IMG/VR virus record: IMGVR_UViG_3300042673_001280
Direction: 5' to 3' (one strand)
DNA length: 64,000 nt
Source of the DNA: a virus
Taxonomy: Duplodnaviria; Heunggongvirae; Uroviricota; Caudoviricetes
In this document: positions 1 to 8,600 of the stretch, in pieces
How positions within the stretch are numbered: the stretch's first letter is position 1
How the letters are laid out: each line of letters starts with the position of its first letter
Translations under genes and position numbers: made by a program
Notes under the pieces: model-generated
Database searches by the model: none
Told to the model about the DNA's origin: nothing
The model's input: only the letters and a program-made list of their open reading frames with translations

Positions 1-244
1 GCCTACCTACCAAAAAGGTTTGCCATTACAATACTTAGTATCAGTAATTGGACCTTTCATGATTCTTCCAAACGTAGGCTTAAACGAATGGGGTCATACA
101 TTCTGGTTTATGGAAGAATTATTCGTAGCCCCTCTACATTACGGATTTGTATTCTTTGGTTGGGCTGCATTAGGTGTATTAGGTGTAGTAAACATTGAAG
201 TACAAGCAATCTCCAAATTGCTAAAACAAGACTTATCTGCTTAA
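1..244 (+). CDS. 3' end of a hydrophobic (membrane) protein gene that begins upstream of the window. The ORF-track start at 20 is a TTG, and the frame stays open back to position 2.
   Basis: Frame is open from base 2. The product is hydrophobic and Trp/Phe/Gly-rich. Stop codon at 242-244. Confidence 0.4.
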   Translation, partial: PTYQKGLPLQYLVSVIGPFMILPNVGLNEWGHTFWFMEELFVAPLHYGFVFFGWAALGVLGVVNIEVQAISKLLKQDLSA

Positions 245-270
245 TAAATATTAGTAGTTAAGTACTTTAC

Positions 271-300
271 GAAAGGGGACTTAGGTCCCCTTTCTTGTCT
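271..300 (+). terminator. rho-independent terminator
   Basis: Perfect 10-bp stem gaaaggggac / gtcccctttc with a ttag loop, followed by a T-rich tract. Confidence 0.7.
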
Positions 301-313
301 AAGGGAGAAAAGT

Positions 314-406
314 ATGGTTAACATAGCAGACGAATTTGGAGCAGTAATGGTTGCGATAATTTTTACAATTATAACATTGATGGTTTTACTAGATTGTGAC
401 GAATAA
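314..406 (+). CDS. candidate 30-aa single-pass membrane peptide (MVNIADEFGAVMVAIIFTIITLMVLLDCDE)
   Basis: ATG preceded by AAGGGAGAAAAGT (good SD). The peptide is one hydrophobic helix. Not in the ORF track (<60 aa). Confidence 0.3.
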   Translation: MVNIADEFGAVMVAIIFTIITLMVLLDCDE

Positions 407-410
407 TTAG

Positions 411-439
411 TTGACATTAATTGTTTATTGTTGTATAAT
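411..439 (+). promoter_or_regulatory. consensus sigma70 promoter (TTGACA-17-TATAAT) for the DNA ligase gene
   Basis: TTGACA at 411-416, 17-nt spacer, TATAAT at 434-439. AGGAG SD and ATG at 469 follow. Confidence 0.7.
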
Positions 440-468
440 AACATTTTTAATAATTACTAGGAGTACAC

Positions 469-1827
469 ATGATCACTACAATTTTACAAGAGTTAGCTAA
501 TGAACCAAAAACTAACAGCAAAATTGACATTCTTAAAAACAATAGCACTAATGAATTATTGAAAGATGTGTGCTTTTGTGCCACTAATAAATTACTTCCT
601 TTTAACATCAAAAAAATTCCTGATTATACTCCTAATACAGGAACACCTACAATGCTTCTTGACGAAGCAATTGTTCACTTACATGCATTAGCCGACCGTA
701 CTTATACAGGTCACGCAGGCATTGATCATCTTAAAAATATTTTAGAATCTGTAACAGAACGTGATGCACAAGTTGTTATCAAAGTTATAAATAAAGACTT
801 ACGTTGCGGTGTACAAGCATCTACAGTAAATAAAGTATGGAAAGGATTAATTCCAGAGTTTCCATATCAACGTTGCTCATTACCTAAACATGTTAAACTT
901 GATACTTGGCCATGGTCTAAAGGCGTGTATTCACAGTTAAAAGCAGATGGTATGTATATCAATGCTAACTTCTATGAAGACTTGTCTATTGAGTTATTAA
1001 GCAGAAGTGGTAACCCAATGCCATTAGAACCGTTTAAAAACATCATTGATTACATGCAACGTAAAATGCATTGTAATACACAAACACATGGTGAACTTGT
1101 TGTAAAGCGTGATGGTGTTATTTTGCCACGTGAAATAGGCAATGGTATCTTAAACAGTATAGCAGATGGCGGTTCGTTTTCTGAAAATGAAGAACCTTTA
1201 TTTTTAATATGGGATCAAATTCCATTATCAACTGCTGTACCAAAAGGTAAAGGCACTGTAGAATATGCTGATAGATACCATCCATTAAAAAATCAAGTTG
1301 CATCGCAAGCAGTAACTGATTATCAACATGTACAAATGATTGAAACAAAATTAGTGTTTTCATGGGAAGAAGCATTTAAACATTATCTTGAGTTAGTAGA
1401 ACAAGGACTTGAAGGTACTATTATTAAACGTCCAGATGCTAAATGGCGTGACGGTACAAGCAAAGATCAAGTTAAACTTAAACTTGAAGTAGATGTTGAT
1501 TTAGAAATTGTAGCATTTACAGAAGGTAATGGTAAGAATGCTGCATTGTTTGGATCTATTACATGTCAATCATCAGATAGCAAGTTAGTAGTTAACGTGT
1601 CAGGATTTACAGATGATTTACGTAAAGACATCTTTAATCGCAAAGATGAATTATATGGAACAATTGTAACAGTTAGATCCAACAACATTATGCCGCCAAC
1701 ATCAAGCAATCAATATTACAGTTTGTTTTTACCAAGATTTGTAGAATTCCGTAAAGACAAAACAGAAGCTGATTCATTAGAAAGAGTTCAGGATCAGTTT
1801 GATAGTGCAATGGGAAAGACTAAATGA
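469..1827 (+). CDS. ATP-dependent DNA ligase
   Basis: KxDG adenylation motif (LKADGMYINANF). Length and downstream OB-like region are typical of phage T4-type ligases. Confidence 0.85.
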   Translation: MITTILQELANEPKTNSKIDILKNNSTNELLKDVCFCATNKLLPFNIKKIPDYTPNTGTPTMLLDEAIVHLHALADRTYTGHAGIDHLKNILESVTERDAQVVIKVINKDLRCGVQASTVNKVWKGLIPEFPYQRCSLPKHVKLDTWPWSKGVYSQLKADGMYINANFYEDLSIELLSRSGNPMPLEPFKNIIDYMQRKMHCNTQTHGELVVKRDGVILPREIGNGILNSIADGGSFSENEEPLFLIWDQIPLSTAVPKGKGTVEYADRYHPLKNQVASQAVTDYQHVQMIETKLVFSWEEAFKHYLELVEQGLEGTIIKRPDAKWRDGTSKDQVKLKLEVDVDLEIVAFTEGNGKNAALFGSITCQSSDSKLVVNVSGFTDDLRKDIFNRKDELYGTIVTVRSNNIMPPTSSNQYYSLFLPRFVEFRKDKTEADSLERVQDQFDSAMGKTK

Positions 1828-2018
1828 CCACACAGTCATACGACGCAGTAACAGGAAACCAGTGTCCGCGTTGCGGCGCTGGGATGCTAATAATAGTATC
1901 TAGGGATATGTTTATATGCGTGGATTGCCACGTAGAGTTTATAAAAGAACCATACGTCCGACCTAAACCAGTTGGATGTGTTACACCAACCCTAACTAAA
2001 GACATTAAAAATGAATGA
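1824..2018 (+). CDS. small zinc-ribbon protein
   Basis: CPRCG ... CVDCH four-Cys motif. Its start overlaps the ligase stop. Confidence 0.5.
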   Translation: MTTQSYDAVTGNQCPRCGAGMLIIVSRDMFICVDCHVEFIKEPYVRPKPVGCVTPTLTKDIKNE

Positions 2019-2109
2019 AGAAGAATTGACAAGTATGCAAAGAGAATTTAAAATGTTAGAAGAATGCGCGTTAATATACTCAGCAATGGAACCGGAAGAT
2101 GATGATTGA
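2011..2109 (+). CDS. candidate 32-aa acidic micro-protein (MNEEELTSMQREFKMLEECALIYSAMEPEDDD)
   Basis: ATG overlaps the stop of the previous ORF, and its own stop overlaps the start of the next ORF (a coupling pattern). No strong SD. Confidence 0.2.
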   Translation: MNEEELTSMQREFKMLEECALIYSAMEPEDDD

Positions 2110-2296
2110 TATCATAATTGTGTTTGCAGCAATGTTGACATTTTTTATATACTTTGCTCCAACACTAATAGCAAGCGAACGCGGACATAATAACTTTATG
2201 CCAATTTTTATTTTTAACTTCTTAGCCGGCTGGTCTGTAGTAATATGGATTATTTGCTTAGGCTGGGCATTTTCAGACAACACTAGAAACAACTAA
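2099..2296 (+). CDS. small two-helix membrane protein
   Basis: Two hydrophobic segments (IIIVFAAMLTFFIYFAPTLIA and IFIFNFLAGWSVVIWIICLGWAF). Confidence 0.45.
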   Translation: MMIDIIIVFAAMLTFFIYFAPTLIASERGHNNFMPIFIFNFLAGWSVVIWIICLGWAFSDNTRNN

Positions 2297-2309
2297 TAAA
2301 AGGAAAACA

Positions 2310-2681
2310 ATGACAAACGTATTTACAGATCAAAAAACATTTATGATTGCCGGTGATCAAACAGTTGACAATTACAACGAATCACAATATAATATGTACT
2401 TAGACTTAATCAAAGAAGAAGTACAAGAACTACAGGACGCAGTTGATCAAGATGATAAAGTTGAACAACTTGATGCATTGATTGATATTTTAGTTGTAGT
2501 TGTAGGCGCGTTACATTCATTAGGTGCAGATGCCGAAGGTGCATGGAAAGAAGTAATTAGATCAAATATGTCTAAAGTAGATCCAGCTACTGGTAAAGTT
2601 ATTAAAAGGGAAGATGGCAAGGTTCTAAAACCAGCTACATATTCCGCTCCTGAACTAACACCATTTTTAACAAGAGGATAA
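2310..2681 (+). CDS. MazG-like nucleoside-triphosphate pyrophosphohydrolase
   Basis: All-alpha ~120-aa protein with the EExxE ... D ... D acidic pattern (LIKEEVQELQDAVDQDD, LDALIDIL), as in phage MazG/HisE-like NTP-PPases. Confidence 0.55.
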   Translation: MTNVFTDQKTFMIAGDQTVDNYNESQYNMYLDLIKEEVQELQDAVDQDDKVEQLDALIDILVVVVGALHSLGADAEGAWKEVIRSNMSKVDPATGKVIKREDGKVLKPATYSAPELTPFLTRG

Positions 2682-2685
2682 ACAA

Positions 2686-3486
2686 ATGAGAAGTAACTAT
2701 TGGTCATGCGGTGATTTTGCGGATTGGATCCGTGGTACAAAATATCCAGAATATGAGTCTAGTGAAGGGTGGGTCTCTATTCAAAAACTTGCAAAGGCTA
2801 CCCACCCACTTCGCTTTTGGATTGCAGAAGAACTACTTGATAAACTTCAAGATATTGTTATGTTTCCATCAGATACTTTTTACAATATTAAATATTATGT
2901 TGAAAACAGATGGGTTAGTCGTACACACGGGTTAACTGCACATACTAAAGACATTAAACCAGGTGACTGGTGTGATGTTGGTTATAGATTTTTACCTTGT
3001 ATGTTTAATGAACTAGTTGACTTTGTTGAAGTTGAACTTGCTTGGAGTTTTATTCGTTGGGATGATAAAGCACAATACGAAAAGTACAATGTTCCAAACT
3101 TTCATTGGAGATCATGGCGTAGTAAACAAGCCGGTTTAGATTACTTAGATTGGGCATCAGAGTTAGTTTACGAAAATAAAGATAAAACACATTACGATCT
3201 ATCTCCGCAAGCACTTGCTGCAATTGAAATGAAAACACTGTACTTATGGTGGACTGAAGAATATCCTAAACGTAAAGATCCAATAGACGAATCAGGACTT
3301 GGTGATTTTTACAATTACGAAGAAGAAAAGTATGGTACTATGTTTAACAATAACCGTACTAAAGAGGAAGAAGAAAAATCATTAAAATTATTACTGCTTA
3401 GTAATGCTATCGAAGTAGCACAAGAACAAGAAGACGAAGATATGATGATTAGACTCATTAAAGTTAGACATCACATGTGGACATAG
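2686..3486 (+). CDS. hypothetical protein (Trp-rich, acidic C-terminus)
   Basis: Long ORF tightly packed in the operon. No recognisable motif. Confidence 0.4.
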   Translation: MRSNYWSCGDFADWIRGTKYPEYESSEGWVSIQKLAKATHPLRFWIAEELLDKLQDIVMFPSDTFYNIKYYVENRWVSRTHGLTAHTKDIKPGDWCDVGYRFLPCMFNELVDFVEVELAWSFIRWDDKAQYEKYNVPNFHWRSWRSKQAGLDYLDWASELVYENKDKTHYDLSPQALAAIEMKTLYLWWTEEYPKRKDPIDESGLGDFYNYEEEKYGTMFNNNRTKEEEEKSLKLLLLSNAIEVAQEQEDEDMMIRLIKVRHHMWT

Positions 3487-3493
3487 GAATAAT

Positions 3494-4699
3494 ATGGCAC
3501 TTAAGAAAAAAACAAAAGTAACTTCAGTTACAATACGTGAAAATGCTAAAAAGGATAGCAGTCCTGTTTGGGACAACTGGGAAGATTGGACGCCTACTGA
3601 ATATAGAAAAAAATGGCATAACGCTATGCAATACTATAACCTGCAGTTTAGCGTAAAAGATTTAAAACCTGCAGTTGTTAAATGGATGACACTAAATGGC
3701 TGTAACACAGAATATATTAACACTTATAAAGCTACTAAAGATTGGCGCACAAGTACTACTATGGGTTCTATTGCTTCTTGTCTTATCAGAGGTATGCCAG
3801 CTGTTCATGACACTTTTAATAACGGAAGAGATGCGGCTGCTTGGTTAAGAGATGCCATTGCTGCTACAGTTGAAGCAGGTGAAGTAGACATTGAACCGGA
3901 TGAAGAAGGTGAAGTTAAAAAGCCAGCTGCAGTTATTAATATACAAGCTCGCGTAAAAGAAGCTGCAATTGGTATGACAGAAGTTATTGAAGACGCTGTA
4001 GACCAATGGATTACTAATGCAGCTACGTTTGATCCTAAAGCTATTAAAGTAATAAATGCGCTTAAAGCTAAGGAAGCAAAAGCAGCACATGCACGTATTA
4101 TTAAAGATATGTACTCGCGTAATTTGTTGGAATTAGAAGAGCTTGCAGCTGGCAAACCTGATGATGAAGAAAAGCACGATGCATACGAACAGTTACAAGA
4201 AGCTTATAAACATAGAAGTAAAAGAGAAATTAAAAATTTAATTGCATTTTATAAAGAAGTTGAATCTGCGTGTACTATGTTAATTGAAGAAAGTAAAGTT
4301 AACAAAGCACCACGTACTAAGAAAGCAGTACCAAAAGATAAGCTAGTTGAAAAATTAAAATATCTAAAAATATTTGAACCATTAAAACTTGTTTCTATTA
4401 ATCCTACAGATATTATTGGTGCTAAAGAGTTATGGGTATACAACACTAAGAATAGAAAACTTGGTAAATTTGTAGCTGATGAAATAACAGGACCGTTAAC
4501 TGTAAAAGGTGCTGCTATTTTAGGATATGATGAACATAAGAGTGTTCAAAAAACTATACGCAAGCCAGAAGAAACACTTAAAGAGTTTAAGTCTGCAAAT
4601 AAACTAATGTTACGAAAGTTTTTAGATGATATTAATTCAACCGATACTAAAATGTCCGGTCGAATTAATGAAGATACTATTTTATTAAAAATTGCTTAA
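3494..4699 (+). CDS. hypothetical protein
   Basis: Long ORF with a preceding GGAATAATATG start context. No recognisable motif. Confidence 0.4.
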   Translation: MALKKKTKVTSVTIRENAKKDSSPVWDNWEDWTPTEYRKKWHNAMQYYNLQFSVKDLKPAVVKWMTLNGCNTEYINTYKATKDWRTSTTMGSIASCLIRGMPAVHDTFNNGRDAAAWLRDAIAATVEAGEVDIEPDEEGEVKKPAAVINIQARVKEAAIGMTEVIEDAVDQWITNAATFDPKAIKVINALKAKEAKAAHARIIKDMYSRNLLELEELAAGKPDDEEKHDAYEQLQEAYKHRSKREIKNLIAFYKEVESACTMLIEESKVNKAPRTKKAVPKDKLVEKLKYLKIFEPLKLVSINPTDIIGAKELWVYNTKNRKLGKFVADEITGPLTVKGAAILGYDEHKSVQKTIRKPEETLKEFKSANKLMLRKFLDDINSTDTKMSGRINEDTILLKIA

Positions 4700-5604
4700 T
4701 CTATTGTAGTTTTTGCAGATTCAGCTAATTGAAGATTGATATAATCAACACCGGTATAATTAAAAAATTCTGTTAGCTGTTCTTCAGGAATACTTGATAA
4801 AAATGATAACCAATAGCTCATTGATCTATTTTGCAACTCATCAATACGATCTTGAGATATAACAGGGTCAACTCGTATCTTAGAAATGTAATTATGTGTG
4901 TCTCTTAAATGGTAAATGTGTACAGCAGTATGATGTAACAATTTATATCCATTTAAGAACGCATTTAATGTAGTATGATGTTCTTCACCAAACAAATACA
5001 TAAATGGGCATAACCCAACATGTCGAATAAAATCAGTGTGAGTAAAGAAATTTCCACCGTTTAAATGACGTGCTTTGACAACTTGTGTAGTTGGTTTTGG
5101 TCCAAACTTACCATGTGGTGTTGGCAATTTATTTGAATCAAATCCAAGATTTTTAAGAAATTTAACTGTAAGATACCCCATACCGTCTTCTTGTTCTTTA
5201 AACACATTACCGTTTTTATCAATTGTAAAAACTTTACATGCATTTGACAATGTAATTTTGTGAGTGTTATAAAACGTTGCTGCATTAAAAAACTCTTCAA
5301 GCAAATATTCATCCCAATTTTTATCAAATACTGAATGAGAATCAATTTGATAATAAAAATCTTCATCGTTTATATTTAAAGAATTAATATGCCTTGCCCA
5401 TCCAACACCGTTAGAATATTCTGGAGGCATTTGTTTATAAATTACAGATGGATGATCTTTATATTTACAATCAATAGTTGATTGATCAAATACTGAAATT
5501 GTTAGTTTATTATTGTTAGATTGCATTGATAATAATGATTCAATAGTAGTATCCAATAACGGATCTCTATACGACACTATACTTACAAAAATTGAACGAC
5601 TCAT
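4696..5604 (-). CDS. putative glycosyltransferase (GlcNAc-transferase-like family)
   Basis: N-terminal IFVSIVSYRDP motif resembles the signature start of the eukaryote/virus GlcNAc-transferase family. Recalled from memory, not searched. Confidence 0.4.
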   Translation of the reverse strand: MSRSIFVSIVSYRDPLLDTTIESLLSMQSNNNKLTISVFDQSTIDCKYKDHPSVIYKQMPPEYSNGVGWARHINSLNINDEDFYYQIDSHSVFDKNWDEYLLEEFFNAATFYNTHKITLSNACKVFTIDKNGNVFKEQEDGMGYLTVKFLKNLGFDSNKLPTPHGKFGPKPTTQVVKARHLNGGNFFTHTDFIRHVGLCPFMYLFGEEHHTTLNAFLNGYKLLHHTAVHIYHLRDTHNYISKIRVDPVISQDRIDELQNRSMSYWLSFLSSIPEEQLTEFFNYTGVDYINLQLAESAKTTID

Positions 5605-5611
5605 ATGTTAT

Positions 5612-5645
5612 CCTATAACGGTAAAGTATTATTTACCGTTATAGG
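5612..5645 (-). promoter_or_regulatory. perfect 14-bp inverted repeat (hairpin) that sequesters the SD of the glycosyltransferase gene
   Basis: cctataacggtaaa-gtatta-tttaccgttatagg. On the minus-strand mRNA the AGGA of the stem end is the only SD-like element, 7 nt before the AUG at 5604. Confidence 0.5.
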
Positions 5646-5685
5646 CGTTAACATACATTTAATCTAATAAGAAAACTGTAATAGG

Positions 5686-8600
5686 TTACTTAAGAAACGT
5701 AATAGATGCGCTCCCTGCAGTTCCGTAATATGCCGAAGTTGATTGACCTGTTCCGGATCCTCCTTTGCCACCAGTTCCTGGCGCATCAGTAGAAGTTGAT
5801 GAAACTACTGTAGAAGGTGCTGCAGTAATTGTTAACCCACCGGTATAATCTGAAGAAACAAACAATCCACCGGATACCCCAGCTCCAGCACTTGTAACGT
5901 TATCTTTACCTGCGATACCGCCTGTACCTGTAAACGTAGATTGGGTTGTTGTACAATAAGGTGCTCCACCGCCACCGCCACCTCCACCGTCAATTCCAGT
6001 AGCAGGCGTGTTGCCTGCTACGCCAACTGCTAAATCTGTAGATGCGCTAATATACGCAACACCTGGTAGGTTATATGGTGCCGCAGCTCCGCCAGTTTTT
6101 CCATTTGACCCGCCACCACCGCCACCGCCCCCGCCTGCAATTACAAGTTTACGCGATGTTGCACCGATCGTAGTAACTACAGTAGCGCCACCACCACCGC
6201 CGCCTCCGCCTGATGTACCAGTTGGCCCTGTGTTACCGCCGGTACCGCCTGCATATACACCGCCACCACCTGCACCGCCTCCACTAGCCTTTACTGCACC
6301 GTCTCCAGGTAAACCGCCCCCGCCAAGTGCTACACTTAACGATGTTGTTCCGGCTGGCAGACTATAAGTAGCGGTTATTCTAGGTGCACCTGCTCCTTTG
6401 TTACCGGCATTAGCATCAGAACCACCACCTGCACCGCCTCCGCCGCATGCAGCAATGATTACTTGAGTTGCATCCCACGGCACGGTTACTGATTGGGTTA
6501 CTGACGTTATTTGATTTGCAGAGACAACCGAAGCAGTTGATGCTAACAGACTAATAGCTGCTGATTCAACTTGACTCCATGATGCTACATTAGTTAAACC
6601 ACCGGTCGTTGCAGGACCTGTGCCTGGCATAAAATTAACTGCTAATACATAGTATGCAGTGTTTGGGCTTGTTAAACTAAGATACTGTTCAGTGTTTGTT
6701 AGGTAATAATCAGTTGAGAGCCATACTCCTATACCAGTTGTATCAGGTGGGGTAAATTTAGGAGAGCCATATGGACCTGTATTAGAAGGATTCCATGACT
6801 TATAGTAAAAATGTGTTGCACTTGTACACGTAGCAGTAAGTTTTACACCAAATGCGCCTGTTGCTGCAGTAACCGACACTTGACCAACTGCAGCTGGCGG
6901 TGTTGTATAATTAGCACTACTTGATAAAGTTGATGCTGCTGATGTTAACCCATTTGCAGTTCTCTTTGCAGTTGCAACAAAGTAATATTCGGTATTGTCA
7001 GCACCGAGCGTAACAGAAACTGCCTTTGGACTTGCATAAGTTCCTGCATCTGTGCCTGCAGATGTAGGCACAGATGTGCCATAACTATATAAAAATGCCG
7101 TAGCAGCTACTCCGCCTGATCCTGCTGTTATTGTTAATGTAACACTTCTGTCGCCTGCTTTTGCAGTTGACGTTAACGCAATAGTAGGCACTGCTGGCGC
7201 CGACGGGTATGTATATGCTGCAGTGCTTGCATCTGATGGTGCACCTACCCCGCCAAACGTTACGCCGTTGATTACTGTAGTATTGTCAGCTCTAACATAA
7301 TAGTAATACGGTGTTTCTGCAGTCAATGTTCCTGTATCAGCATACGACGTTCCGGATCCGGTTGTAGTAAGCCTGTTAGTAGAATCACTTAATCCTCCTC
7401 TATACACAGAATATGCTAAAGTTAATCCAGCTGGTGCAGTCCAATTAACTGTTAAACTTGTAGTCGATACTGAAGTTGTTGTACCTATTGTTACTTTAGG
7501 TGGTAACGTGATTGCAATCGTCGTTGCTGCAGTTGCACTATCACCACCACCATTGTTTGCAAATACAGCTACACCGTATTGTTTATTAGCAGAAAGACCG
7601 GTATTAACGCTTACTGATGTACTAGTTGGCGACGCTGTAAATACAGCAGTTGTAGTACCGTATTCTGTTACAGTTACTTTGTACGATGTAGCTGTTCCGG
7701 TTGTTGGTGCAGACCATGATGCAGTAAACGACGTAGTTGCTGCTAACGAAATAGTAATCATGCCCGGAGTTCCAGGTGGCTGATATGGAGTAGTAACTGA
7801 AACACTAACATCTGACATTGTACTCGAACCACCGTTATTAGCAGTTTTTACATAATACGTATACGCAGTGTTTTCTGTAACTGAACCTGATGCATTATCT
7901 ACAAATGTAACTGTACCTGTACCGCCGCTTGCAGCTAACGTAACATTGCCGGTTTTTATAATATCACCCGCTGCGGTACCGTTTCTATATATAGTATATG
8001 TCATTGGCGCATTGTAGTTAAACGTGGTTCCGTTGTGTGTTTCAACAGGTTGTGAAACATTACAACTAACGGTAATACTATTATATGTTACACTAGACGT
8101 AGTTGGAGTCGATGGTTTATTAGGTGCGTTTGCTAATGTAGCACCGGAAACTGATGTAGAAGCAGTACCATTTGGATTAGTGCTATATGCTGTTACTATA
8201 AAATTGAAAGTAGCATATGGATATAAGTTGTCAAACTTAAACGACGTAGCTGTCAAGTCGCCCGAAAAAACATAATAACCGTCAAATCCGTCACGACGTG
8301 CAATATATTTTACAACTGTTCCGCCCGATGCCGGTGCATCCCATGTTACTGTTATACTAGATGATGTAATACCAGTTGTTGCAACATTCCGAGGAGTACC
8401 TGGTACTAAATCCCAAGTAGTTACTGAATCACTAGCAGCTGATTCTATATCCGATTCACCACCTGTTGTAACTGAAGTAACGGTATATTGATACGCGGTT
8501 TTAACAGCTAATCCAGTATCTGAAAAACCTGATGTTTTAGTACCAAGTGGGGTTTTTCCAGGATACCTATATACTTTATAAGAATCTGCACCAGTTACTG

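Noticed and set aside
3805-4155. Antisense ORFs of 81-116 aa inside the 401-aa gene, and similar ones inside the giant genes (e.g. 14534-14920, 21293-21655)
   Set aside because: They lie fully within longer, well-supported sense ORFs, have no SD/start context, and show biased low-complexity composition.
6008-6367. 119-aa proline-rich ORF on the plus strand
   Set aside because: It is the antisense mirror of the poly-glycine (GGN) runs in the fibre gene. CCN codons give the Pro runs. Not a gene.
5686-6500. Collagen-like triple-helix domain in the fibre
   Set aside because: Glycines occur as homopolymer runs, not G-X-Y triplets. The polyglycine-II adhesin interpretation is preferred.
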